Position numbers and translations under genes: made by a program. 64,000 bases of DNA from a virus (Duplodnaviria > Caudoviricetes): the IMG/VR virus record IMGVR_UViG_3300025167_000006, positions 34,277 through 98,276 of that record, one strand, 5' to 3'. The notes beneath the pieces were generated by a model, which searched no databases, had not been told where the DNA came from, and saw nothing but the letters and a program-made list of their open reading frames with translations. This document shows, in pieces, positions 55,600 through 64,000 of this stretch (its first letter is position 1; each line of letters starts with the position of its first letter).

Positions 55600-56420
55600 C
55601 AAGTGGTCCTGACCCGCGGCTGCTGGAAGCCTACGGGACGAACGAGCTCTACTTCGAGAACCTGGAGAAGAGAGCCGACACGCAGTTCTCCATCCCGATG
55701 GCGGCAGCCACCGCTGGTGAGTGGGGTAGGCTGCTGACAGCCAAGGGGACGCAGGAGAAGGTCGACCGGCAGCGCCTCCACGCGCAGGCGCTGAACCTTC
55801 AGTTCCGTGAGCTCGAGGCGGCACGGATGCAGGAGACCAACGAGCGCTTTGGCGGCCCCGGCACGGTGCGGGCCCGCTACCAGCGTCTGATGATGTCCCA
55901 GCCCTACATGGTCCATCCCATGATGGCCGGGGCAGCCCTTCAGGGGATTGAGGGGGAGCAGGTGGTCACGGCCTCGGCTCGCCGGTGTGGGGCCGCGATG
56001 GCCAAACTCGCCTATCACAACCTACCTGAGCTGCCGGAGGTTCAACCAGACGCCGGTGGGGCGATGCCCCGCAACATGGCTGCCCCGCATCTTCAAGCGG
56101 CCAGGCAGCACGTCGGGGAGGCAGTGGGGCAGACGGCTGTGGGTGCTGGGCACGCTTTGGGGTCGTCGTCGGGGCGCATCGGGGCCCGGATGGGAGACAC
56201 AGCGGTTGCCTTGGGAGGGCGTCTTCAGGCGCGCGCTCGACAGCCTGGGGTTCTGCAGCGGGCTGCTGGCATTCCAGGCCGTCTGTTTGGCGGCTTTGGG
56301 CGCGGTGTTGAGGACTTCATGCAGGGCGAGGTGCAGCCCACGGTTCGTTGGGGGGCGGGCATTCACCCGGCAGCGAACGTCAACGAGTACGGGATTGCCA
56401 TTGGTGGGGGCGGCTACTAG
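55596..56420 (+). CDS. Gly/Ala-rich protein with KxA motifs
   Basis: 274 aa; LEKRA, MAKLA. Confidence 0.7.
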   Translation: MTSGPDPRLLEAYGTNELYFENLEKRADTQFSIPMAAATAGEWGRLLTAKGTQEKVDRQRLHAQALNLQFRELEAARMQETNERFGGPGTVRARYQRLMMSQPYMVHPMMAGAALQGIEGEQVVTASARRCGAAMAKLAYHNLPELPEVQPDAGGAMPRNMAAPHLQAARQHVGEAVGQTAVGAGHALGSSSGRIGARMGDTAVALGGRLQARARQPGVLQRAAGIPGRLFGGFGRGVEDFMQGEVQPTVRWGAGIHPAANVNEYGIAIGGGGY

Positions 56421-57113
56421 CCCTTCCACCAGAAGCTGGAGACGTCCTCTGGGGGTTCGAAGGACAGGGAGCCGCGCGACGGCCCGTTGTGGCCCCACGG
56501 GACTTCCTCTTCGTCTTCCTCGTCATCGAGCTCCAGGGGTTTGGGGAGCTCCTTCGGCTCGGGCTTCTTGGGGGTGTACTGGATGAAGGAGACGACGGCC
56601 TCGTCCAGCTTCTTCATCTCGTCGTCCGTCAGGTCCTCCAGCTTCTTCTGTTGGCCAACGAGTTTCAGGAGGAGGTGTCCCGTCTCCTCCTCGAACATAT
56701 CCGGCTGTTCCAGGTATTCCTGATAGAGGATGGCGGGATCTCTTATCAAGGATGTGAAAAGCCCTTCTTGCCGCTTTCGCACCGCGGGAGCCGGCGGCGA
56801 AAGCAGCTCGTTGAATGTAGGAAAACGCGGGGGTTCCGGTGGTAGCGGCGGTTGCAAGGGAGGGATCTGCAAGAACTGCGGCGACTCCAGCCTCGGCAAA
56901 ACGCTGAGTGCATCTGGCGTGCTCGGCCACGATCCACTTTTCGTGTTGCTCGACGAAGTCTTCAATGATGGCGGCGACAACCTGACCGACGGTAACTTGT
57001 AGCTCATCGTCTCGAATCCGGTAGTAAGAGAGAATCTGCGCGTACATGTCGACCAAGCGCCAAACGCGCTCGGCCGACATGCGCAACTTGTACACGCGTA
57101 GGATTCGGCTCAC
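56417..57113 (-). CDS. Hypothetical gene split by a +1 frameshift near 56757-56760
   Basis: GTG 57113 overlaps the upstream TGA; protein-like sequence switches frame at GCT TTT CAC. Confidence 0.5.
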
Positions 57114-57454
57114 CCGGGTAGGATGACCCAGGCTTGCTTCTGCCACAAGTCTTCTTCGACGTGGACGAAGCCAACCACCTTGAACGGGGAGTATCCCCCT
57201 CCTCTGTTTTTCTTGTCGCTGTTCTCCCTGGCGATATCTGACAAGGCCACGCTCTGATGCCCGCTGCTCAGCGCGTACACGTAAAGTTTTCGCGCGCTTC
57301 CATTCGTAAGGATGACTATCAGCGGGTGTCCAATCTCAACCATGTCTCTGGTGCTGAACTCCGAAGTAGTGAACTCGACCTTGCTGACGTGCGTGGGTTC
57401 ATGCTTGTCGTTGAGGGCTTCAACGTTTGCGACGTACTTCGCTCTAGTAGACAT
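57110..57454 (-). CDS. Hypothetical protein
   Basis: From ATG 57454 (MSTRAKY...), preceded by GGAGAG. Confidence 0.6.
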   Translation of the reverse strand: MSTRAKYVANVEALNDKHEPTHVSKVEFTTSEFSTRDMVEIGHPLIVILTNGSARKLYVYALSSGHQSVALSDIARENSDKKNRGGGYSPFKVVGFVHVEEDLWQKQAWVILPG

Positions 57455-57695
57455 CGTCTCTCTCCGCAGCTGGTGGCAGGGTGTCATGGTGGGCTGCCCA
57501 GTCGGGGGCGAAGCCGCCGTTGGAAAGCCAAGTTGTAAGGTTGAGCACGTCTTCCACAATCTGGTCGACGTCCTCCACGATGCCGTTTTCCATCTGCCTT
57601 TCGAACTCGGCCACCGGGTCGTCCGTTCTATCGAGCGTGACCCGCATGGCCTTGCAGTTGGTGAGCAGCCGAAGAAGTAGTTCGTTGGGATCCAC
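57444..57695 (-). CDS. Hypothetical protein
   Basis: TAAGGAGG RBS before GTG. Confidence 0.7.
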   Translation of the reverse strand: MDPNELLLRLLTNCKAMRVTLDRTDDPVAEFERQMENGIVEDVDQIVEDVLNLTTWLSNGGFAPDWAAHHDTLPPAAERDDVY

Positions 57696-57723
57696 AGAGC
57701 CTCCTTATTCTTCCCTCGATTCT

Positions 57724-57731
57724 CTTATGCC
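57724..57731 (-). promoter_or_regulatory. Candidate phage promoter motif GGCATAAG
   Basis: CGGCATAAGAGAATC here versus CGGCATAAGGGAATC at 4835. Confidence 0.5.
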
Positions 57732-57787
57732 GGGTTCCGGTGGGAAACTGTGTACTCGAGCTAAGCTGCACCAGCAGGAGGAGCAAC

Positions 57788-58816
57788 ATGACAGTCGGAT
57801 CTGGTCTTTTCAGCAATGCACGTGCCGTGAACCCGAGCTATGCCGCTCCGGGCAAGTCGGGTCTTCCGGGTGAAGTAGGTGACCTTCGAAGGGACATCGC
57901 GCTCGCGTTGGCTCCGCTTGCTTCCATCGTGGTAGAGGAGTTCACCAACGCGCTGGCAGCCGCAGCCAACAACATGATGGCAGCTACCGCGTCGCAGGCC
58001 GCGGCGCGGACTCTGCTCCCCGGCGTCACGCCGGCGGTGGGAGTTCTCACGCAGGCGACCATCACCAACCTGCAGGCGGCCCCGCGTCAGATCGTGTTCA
58101 CCACAGCAGGTGGTACTGCGGCACATCAGCCGGCGCAGGCCACTGTTGTGGGGAAGGGTCTTCGGGGAGAGCCACTGACGGAGGTTCGAACGCTGATGCA
58201 GACGGCGGGCGCGGTGCACACCGTCAACTTCTTCACCGACATCGACAGCATCACGCTCACCGTCGGTCAGGGCGTGGGTGCCACGCTGGCCATCGGTCTC
58301 GGGAGCAAGATCGGACTCAGCCAGCCCATCAAGACCCGAGCTGGTCTGACTACGGCCATCAAGGAGATTGCGGTTGGCTCCGTGGTCACCAACGGTACGT
58401 TCTTGGCGGCGGCGGCGGGCACGGCAGCTTCCGTCACGGGCACGGTGGACCTCGTCACCCCGGTCCCGGCGATGCCGACCACGGAGACGCTGGTGGTGGC
58501 GATCGACGGTGGGGCGGATCTCACCGTTACTTTCGCCACTCCGGCGGACCTGGCTGCCATCCTGGTGGCGATCAACGCGGTGTGCGGAGCTGGGTTCGCC
58601 ACGGCCAGCACCAACTACTTGATGTTGACCAGCCCAACGACGGGGCCGACCAGCAAGATCGACATCAAGGCGTCCAGTACTTCCCTCGCCATCCTCGGGC
58701 TGACCGCAGCGGTTACCGAGGGTGAGGGGAACGGCCAGTACGGCTCGTACTGGCCGAACTCGGCTCCGAACGGCACTCAGGACTACGCCATCTACTACGA
58801 GAGCGTGGCGGCCTGA
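57788..58816 (+). CDS. Ala/Thr-rich virion protein with one sheath-insert-like module
   Basis: AGGAGGAG RBS and ATG 57788; GTVDL...TLVVAIDGG...TVTF...AINA module. Confidence 0.75.
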   Translation: MTVGSGLFSNARAVNPSYAAPGKSGLPGEVGDLRRDIALALAPLASIVVEEFTNALAAAANNMMAATASQAAARTLLPGVTPAVGVLTQATITNLQAAPRQIVFTTAGGTAAHQPAQATVVGKGLRGEPLTEVRTLMQTAGAVHTVNFFTDIDSITLTVGQGVGATLAIGLGSKIGLSQPIKTRAGLTTAIKEIAVGSVVTNGTFLAAAAGTAASVTGTVDLVTPVPAMPTTETLVVAIDGGADLTVTFATPADLAAILVAINAVCGAGFATASTNYLMLTSPTTGPTSKIDIKASSTSLAILGLTAAVTEGEGNGQYGSYWPNSAPNGTQDYAIYYESVAA

Positions 58817-58842
58817 CCTGAGCCCTCCGCGTAGAAAGCGGC

Positions 58843-58882
58843 ACAAGTGGGCCGGGGTCCTTCGGGGCCTCGGCCCACTTGT
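58843..58882 (+). terminator. Long hairpin with cUUCGg loop
   Basis: ACAAGTGGGCCGGGGTCC-TTCG-GGGCCTCGGCCCACTTGT. Confidence 0.75.
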
Positions 58883-58992
58883 TGAAACAACCAGCCAAAG
58901 TACGGTAAAACATCCGGGGAAGAGTAAAGCTCTTCTTTTTCTGTTGAACAATAGGGCCGGCGGACTTATACCAAAGCCTCGGCCGTGGAACC

Positions 58993-59232
58993 ATGAACAA
59001 GGTACTCACGACCATCCCGTTTCTCAGCGACGACAGAAAGAACAGCGGGGCAGTTCTGGTTACCCGAACGGACTATCAGGACCGTACCGTGATTGGGGTG
59101 GCGCTACGCATTGGGAACCGCACGATGCCGCTACCCCGCAACAAGTTGCGCCATATCATTGAGGCGCTGGAACAAGGCGAAAAGGCGGCCTCTTTCGCCT
59201 ATCAGGAACTGCTCGAGGAGATGAACAGATGA
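58993..59232 (+). CDS. Hypothetical protein
   Basis: 79 aa; ATGA-coupled to the next gene. Confidence 0.6.
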   Translation: MNKVLTTIPFLSDDRKNSGAVLVTRTDYQDRTVIGVALRIGNRTMPLPRNKLRHIIEALEQGEKAASFAYQELLEEMNR

Positions 59233-59897
59233 GTTTTGCACAGTTCAAGGACAACCTGAAGAACGGCAAGTACGAGAGCGTCACCGGTGCCCGTCGGGGC
59301 ATTGGCAAGTTCAAGGACATGACCGAGGAAGAGAAGAACGCGGCCCGCAAGATCGCGGACAAGCATTTCGGTGCGGAGCCGGCGGCTGCGGCGGCGCCGA
59401 AGGCGGCCGCGAAGAAGGTGGCCAAGAAGGCCGCGAAGAAGGCGGCCCCGGTGGCGGAGCCGAAGGCAGCGGCGGCAACTGCGGCCGGTCCGGGGCCGGG
59501 TCGTGGTCGGAAGAAGAAGGCGGCGTCGAAGCCTGGTCCGGCGGCCAAGCGGGCGGCCACCACCGAGGGCGTCGACCCTGTGGTGCAGGCCGGTGTGGAC
59601 GCAGTGAACAGCGCCGGTGTTCAGGCGGACCTTCTGCTCCGGGCCGTGAACGAGTCCAGGAGCGCCGCGCAGGTGTTTGGCAACAGCAACACCATCTACG
59701 AGCAGTTGTCCGCCGCGGCGTCAGCTCGGCTGCTCGAGATCGTGGGTGGCATGGGTGCGCTGAAGACCGACCTCAACACCGCGGTGGCCAACGCGGCCTC
59801 GAGCGGGAACGGGGTCTCGGAGACTACGGCTCCGCAGGGTCTGCAGTCGGCGATGCCTGGAATGCCGTCTACGCTCCCCGGGCTGCCGGTGCGGTAG
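59229..59897 (+). CDS. Histone H1-like Lys/Ala-rich DNA-binding protein
   Basis: PKAAAKKVAKKAAKKAAP, GRGRKKK; GAGGAG RBS. Confidence 0.7.
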   Translation: MSFAQFKDNLKNGKYESVTGARRGIGKFKDMTEEEKNAARKIADKHFGAEPAAAAAPKAAAKKVAKKAAKKAAPVAEPKAAAATAAGPGPGRGRKKKAASKPGPAAKRAATTEGVDPVVQAGVDAVNSAGVQADLLLRAVNESRSAAQVFGNSNTIYEQLSAAASARLLEIVGGMGALKTDLNTAVANAASSGNGVSETTAPQGLQSAMPGMPSTLPGLPVR

Positions 59898-60306
59898 GCG
59901 ACCACAGCAAGCCGATGTGATCGGCGTCGGCCTTCTCCTCGGGCGCTCCGAGTATGGCGACGTCGCCATGGTTTTCGATGGGCAGGTGCCAGCTGTTGGC
60001 GCCTGCCCTCGATTCCATTATGGCCACTACTTCATGATCCCGTTGCTCGACCAGGAGAAGAGCGAAGGCTGCGTTCTGCAGAGCCTTCTCCGCCAGGAAC
60101 TTGGCCCACTCGCCTCGTTCCTTTGGCATGTCGAAGCCAACGGACTGGTTGGTGTTCATCCCCAGCCACTGGACCCGCTTGCGCGGCCAGATCAGGACGA
60201 AGGAGTCGATGCGCCCCTCCTTCTTCCACACATCGTACAACGCGGGAAGTGTCTCACGGGCGTCCCGCAGGACATACTCATGACCCTGCACCGTCAGGTC
60301 GTTCAT
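59869..60306 (-). CDS. Hypothetical protein
   Basis: 145-aa protein-like ORF filling the gap between + strand genes. Confidence 0.65.
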   Translation of the reverse strand: MNDLTVQGHEYVLRDARETLPALYDVWKKEGRIDSFVLIWPRKRVQWLGMNTNQSVGFDMPKERGEWAKFLAEKALQNAAFALLLVEQRDHEVVAIMESRAGANSWHLPIENHGDVAILGAPEEKADADHIGLLWSPTAPAARGA

Positions 60307-60820
60307 GCCCAGTAAGCTAGCAGAAGAGCGGCAGGCGCACTACCGGGAGATGCTGATGCCGATCGCCATGGTGGTGTGTAACCACCTGCATATGCGCGTA
60401 GAGGATGCCTTTTCTAACGCGCGTCAGCGTCTCGTGCTGTTGTCCAGGTCCCTCATCATGTACTACGCCAGAGAGCGCACAGCCCTGGGGTACACAGAGA
60501 TAGGAGCGGCCTTCAACACGACTCATGAATCTCCGTACCATCACCACCATCGGTTCTCCAATAAGTTGGAGCTGAAGCCACACGACGCTCGGTACCTTCG
60601 TGAGTTGGACGCGGTGTTCACAGATCTAGATAAGGTCGGCGCCCTTCCTACTGCAGAACCCAAGGACTTGGAGTGGACGGTGACGGTCACGCTTGAACCA
60701 CTGGCATTTCAGCGCTTGCTCTCGTTCCATCAAACCGGGATGTTTGGTGGCACCGTTGCCGAAACCACAAAGATGATCTTGTCTCACCGCCTGTATGACA
60801 TGGGGGAGCCAAACCAGTGA
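60305..60820 (+). CDS. DnaA C-terminal-like HTH protein
   Basis: SRSLIMYYARERTALGYTEIGAAFNTTH resembles DnaA domain IV (RQ.AMYL.R.LT..SL..IG..F..DH). Confidence 0.65.
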   Translation: MPSKLAEERQAHYREMLMPIAMVVCNHLHMRVEDAFSNARQRLVLLSRSLIMYYARERTALGYTEIGAAFNTTHESPYHHHHRFSNKLELKPHDARYLRELDAVFTDLDKVGALPTAEPKDLEWTVTVTLEPLAFQRLLSFHQTGMFGGTVAETTKMILSHRLYDMGEPNQ

Positions 60821-61233
60821 GCAGACCCACCTTTCAAAGCATCTACATGCGCTTGGCCTTCATGCTGGCTGAGCGAAGCACGTGCTCCCGACTTCAGGTT
60901 GGGTGCGTCATCACTAGTAACGACTACCGGTACGTCTATGGAGTCGGCTACAACGGCAACGCCGCTGGTCTTCCAAACCGGTGTGACCGAACAACACCAG
61001 GTGACTGCGGGGACCTGCACGCTGAAGAGAACGCCATCATCAACTGCTCGACGCCGAGGTATGTGCCGAAGGTGGTGTTCGTCACCGATATTCCCTGCCC
61101 GATGTGCGCCAAGCGCCTCATCAACTTGGGTGGGGTAGAACGCCTCTACTACGCCCGTGAGTACCGGATAAGGGACAGTCTTCAAACCCTACAGGATATG
61201 GGCATCGACGTTTTCTGCGAGGAGGTTTCATGA
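60817..61233 (+). CDS. dCMP deaminase
   Basis: RSTCSRLQVG, GYNG, HAEENA, PCPMC. Confidence 0.92.
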   Translation: MSRPTFQSIYMRLAFMLAERSTCSRLQVGCVITSNDYRYVYGVGYNGNAAGLPNRCDRTTPGDCGDLHAEENAIINCSTPRYVPKVVFVTDIPCPMCAKRLINLGGVERLYYAREYRIRDSLQTLQDMGIDVFCEEVS

Positions 61234-62174
61234 TCATCGCACTCAGCGGTCTCTGCTACGACCCGCAAGGCAACAAGTGCAGCGCCGGTGCCGGTAAGGA
61301 CACCGTGGCGAACGTTCTGCTGGAGCATTTCAGCTTCGTGAAGATCGGGTTCGCCGATCCGATGAAGCGCTTCGTGCAGGACGTGTTCAACTTCAGCGAC
61401 GACCAGGTGTGGGGTGAGTCGAAGTACCGTAACGATCCCGATAAGCGCTACATCCGTCGTCGGAGGGCGCCGCACGGCGTAGAAGACGGCATGGCTTACG
61501 AGGATGGACGTTGCCTCGCCTATCTTAACGCCGCGGTGGAGAGTCGTTATCCCACCAAAGAAGAGATTGAGGCGTCCATCGCGGCGGAGTACGAGAGAGT
61601 ATTCGTCGAGTACCTTACCCCGCGCTACGCCCTTCAAACACTGGGTACGGAATGGGCTAGAGCCTGTTATGAGAACGTGTGGGCAGCGTACTTGATGCGC
61701 GTAGCAGCTTGCCTGCAGGAAGGCGGTTGTCACTACGACCAGAAGCGTGGGCTGCAGTTCTCATCAACGGTGTCCAGCCACGTGGTGCAGGACAGCATGA
61801 TGCGGCCGAAGGTCAACGTGGTCATCAACGACCTGCGCTTCAAGACAGAGATGAACTACGTGCAGGATGGGGGCGGCTACATCGTCAGGATCAAGAGGCC
61901 AGTGCCGGAGATCTCCGTAGGCTCTGAGCATCAGTCGGAGAACGACCTGGTGGATGTCCCTGACTCCGCCTTCGACTACGTCATCGAGGGCAAGTCCAAG
62001 GATGTTCCTGACCTGCAGAACAAGACCCGTCTCATGATGCTGGACTTCCCAGCGTTGGGGGTGAAGCTCCCAGCTGACCTGCTGAAGAAGCGCGAGGAAG
62101 ACGTCAGGGCTGGGAAGATTCGCCCGTACAACCCGGAGTTGGAGTACGTTCCTCCGTTCATGCGCAATAAGTAG
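61230..62174 (+). CDS. Deoxynucleoside monophosphate kinase
   Basis: GAGKDT, FADPMK, PRYALQTLGTEW, INDLRF..E, HQSE. Confidence 0.88.
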   Translation: MIIALSGLCYDPQGNKCSAGAGKDTVANVLLEHFSFVKIGFADPMKRFVQDVFNFSDDQVWGESKYRNDPDKRYIRRRRAPHGVEDGMAYEDGRCLAYLNAAVESRYPTKEEIEASIAAEYERVFVEYLTPRYALQTLGTEWARACYENVWAAYLMRVAACLQEGGCHYDQKRGLQFSSTVSSHVVQDSMMRPKVNVVINDLRFKTEMNYVQDGGGYIVRIKRPVPEISVGSEHQSENDLVDVPDSAFDYVIEGKSKDVPDLQNKTRLMMLDFPALGVKLPADLLKKREEDVRAGKIRPYNPELEYVPPFMRNK

Positions 62175-62191
62175 TGTGGTACGCTGCCGGT

Positions 62192-62575
62192 ATGGACATC
62201 ACTCTGACCCAAGAAGAGTATGAGGCCCTAGTAGCCCTGGCGCGCGTTGGGGTAGAGGGAAAACCCAACCACGCCAGGGAACTGGCAGCGTACCTCTCGA
62301 TGATAGAAACGAAGAATGGCATCACGCGCCATTTTTTAGCCATCCGTTGGCAGGAGATGAACGCCCCGCTCCCTCCCGGCGTTCGCTTCCCAGACAGTTG
62401 GCCTCCTTCGTTGAGCGACGCGATCGAGCTCATCACCCGGCCAATAGCTCGTGCTGACGTCGACACACTGCTGGCTTCTAAAGCCAGTAACCCCACCAGT
62501 GTCATGGTCACCAACGACCGCGGGATGCGGCTAGGATGGACGCTTGTCGATGACTACTTCTTCGAAACCCAGTAG
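62192..62575 (+). CDS. Hypothetical protein
   Basis: From ATG 62192 (MDITLTQEEY), just downstream of TGGTACGCT. Confidence 0.65.
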   Translation: MDITLTQEEYEALVALARVGVEGKPNHARELAAYLSMIETKNGITRHFLAIRWQEMNAPLPPGVRFPDSWPPSLSDAIELITRPIARADVDTLLASKASNPTSVMVTNDRGMRLGWTLVDDYFFETQ

Positions 62576-62858
62576 TGAGTTCCCCATCGGATTTGGACAT
62601 CCAGGGCTGACGAAGGACCCGCTGGATGACCTGGGTACTGTGGAGATACGAACGCACACCGGGGCGGTATACACCTTCCCTGACATGAGCTTGCAGGCTC
62701 TGAAGGCAGTGCTTCCAGAGAATGGTCGCACCCCGGGCAGCCAACCAACTCTCATGATCATGAACATCAGCGCCTCACTGCTGTCGGTGCCGTTCTGTAT
62801 CATCGACCAAGTCAGCTGCGGCTCTACTTGCTTGTGGAGCAGCAAGGAGATTCAGTGA
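62550..62858 (+). CDS. Hypothetical protein
   Basis: Tiled ORF; start uncertain. Confidence 0.55.
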   Translation: MTTSSKPSSEFPIGFGHPGLTKDPLDDLGTVEIRTHTGAVYTFPDMSLQALKAVLPENGRTPGSQPTLMIMNISASLLSVPFCIIDQVSCGSTCLWSSKEIQ

Positions 62859-63130
62859 CCGACAACGGCGTCCCTCTTCAGGAGTTCTTCAAGGAGCTGG
62901 AGGCGAAGTGCAGCTGTGGGCGGGTCGTCATTCTCACATTCAAGTACGGGAACAACTTGAAGCCCGGAGACAAGTTGTGGTCTGACCCAGGAAACCCAAA
63001 CTTTGGAAGGTGCCCAGCATGCAAACGCACGAACATGATAGTGCAACGAGTGGCGGAAATACCGCCATCACCTGGAGAGCCGCACCCCGGCTTCTGGAAA
63101 CCCCCAACGGGTGGGGACTCTATCGGCTGA
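62855..63130 (+). CDS. Zn-ribbon hypothetical protein
   Basis: AAGGAG RBS, GTGA overlap; CSCG...CPAC. Confidence 0.65.
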   Translation: MTDNGVPLQEFFKELEAKCSCGRVVILTFKYGNNLKPGDKLWSDPGNPNFGRCPACKRTNMIVQRVAEIPPSPGEPHPGFWKPPTGGDSIG

Positions 63131-63441
63131 ACCAACGCGTGGCACGAGCCGAGGGGGTTCGTCAGCAGCGACGCACGCTGCACGACGGGGAGGTGGTCGT
63201 CACCATCTTCGAGATCGAGAAGCTCTATTGGGACCACACTCGCGGGCTGCAGCAGCTTCAAGGGATGCCGGTCTCCGAGATGCTGGGGCCCAACTACCTG
63301 ATCCTCGACGCCGCATGCGGAGATGCAGCATCCCCGCGGCCCCACTTGCGCGGGGTCAAGGTGGCGGTTCTGCACAAGGTCCCCAAGACCATGAAACTGT
63401 TGGAGTTGTTCTCTGAGCTGAGGAAACTTCGGCCGGCCTGA
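63010..63441 (+). CDS. Hypothetical protein (true start probably near 63110)
   Basis: The C-terminal 105 aa or so look protein-like and tile the gap. Confidence 0.5.
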   Translation: MPSMQTHEHDSATSGGNTAITWRAAPRLLETPNGWGLYRLNQRVARAEGVRQQRRTLHDGEVVVTIFEIEKLYWDHTRGLQQLQGMPVSEMLGPNYLILDAACGDAASPRPHLRGVKVAVLHKVPKTMKLLELFSELRKLRPA

Positions 63442-63494
63442 CGTTTTCTCTAGCCCTGGAATGGGTGCACATGGTACACCCTTGAAGGAGAGGC

Positions 63495-64000
63495 ATGCCT
63501 AAAGGAATCACTGACTTGAACCAGCACGACGCCAGAAATCAGGCGTACATCGACCCTGCGCTGGCAGCTAGGAACCCGAGGGCGGCTGCGCTGGCGGCTA
63601 CCTCTGCGGTGCGTCGGCAGCAGTCGGCGCTTCCTCGGTACACCACGCCGATTGCGGGTGGTCCACCACCGCCCATCCCTGCGTTGGAGCAGCCGCACCG
63701 GGAGGGGATGCCCATGGCGGCGCAGGCGATGGGCACGATGGGAGCGGACAGCGGAAGGGTGCAGCAAGCGGCTTTCGCGCAGCATGAGCAGAGGGCAGGG
63801 TCGATCATCTCAGCGGGTGGAACTCCGCTTGGGGCCCAGACGAGGCAGCCTGCTATGGCCATCCTTCCGAACGATGTCCTGCCACAGGAGGCGATGAAGG
63901 ACCCGAACTATCACCAGGGGGCATCTAGCCAGCTGGCGATGAACCAGCCGCACATGGCTGCGAAGTACGGGGTCATTCGCGCGGGGCAGCAGGCGCCACA
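63495..64000 (+). CDS. Hypothetical Ala/Pro/Gln-rich protein (runs off the window)
   Basis: AAGGAG RBS and ATG 63495, MPKGITDLNQ...; no stop seen before the window end. Confidence 0.7.
   Translation, partial: MPKGITDLNQHDARNQAYIDPALAARNPRAAALAATSAVRRQQSALPRYTTPIAGGPPPPIPALEQPHREGMPMAAQAMGTMGADSGRVQQAAFAQHEQRAGSIISAGGTPLGAQTRQPAMAILPNDVLPQEAMKDPNYHQGASSQLAMNQPHMAAKYGVIRAGQQAP

Noticed and set aside
1-64000. CRISPR arrays, tRNA or rRNA genes, integrase or IS elements
   Set aside because: None recognised by eye. Repetitive tracts (for example 36690-36800 and 59390-59460) are low-complexity coding sequence. tRNAscan and a CRISPR finder were not run.

Overview
A GC-rich, gene-dense segment of a large contractile-tailed (myovirus-like) phage genome. 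It holds most of the virion module on the + strand: portal, terminase large subunit, prohead protease, scaffold-like proteins, major capsid, neck, sheath, tube and a baseplate spike-like gene. Short blocks of DNA-metabolism and accessory genes interrupt this module: family-4 UDG, SF2 helicase, a MoxR/vWA pair, dCMP deaminase, dNMP kinase, and histone-like and HTH proteins. A multisubunit-type RNA polymerase with beta and beta' fused in one 2636-aa ORF sits among the virion genes. Three LAGLIDADG inteins interrupt catalytic motifs: a class-3 intein starting with Gly in the helicase, a Ser...Trp-Asp intein in the RNAP, and a canonical intein in the protease. There is also a free-standing HNH endonuclease. 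The most striking unexplained signal is a recurrent K-x-A(S/A) motif in about a dozen head-associated ORFs. It delimits glycine-zipper segments, and in the prohead protease ORF it delimits an ADP-ribosyltransferase-like and a ParB-like domain. This suggests a protease-processed polyprotein or capsid-cargo system (inference). Also seen: a textbook -1 frameshift cassette, a probable ATT start codon, a gene split by a +1 frameshift, two divergent gene pairs sharing one CATG, and two candidate promoter classes. All product calls come from motif recognition by eye; no database searches were run. No tRNA, rRNA or CRISPR array was recognised.
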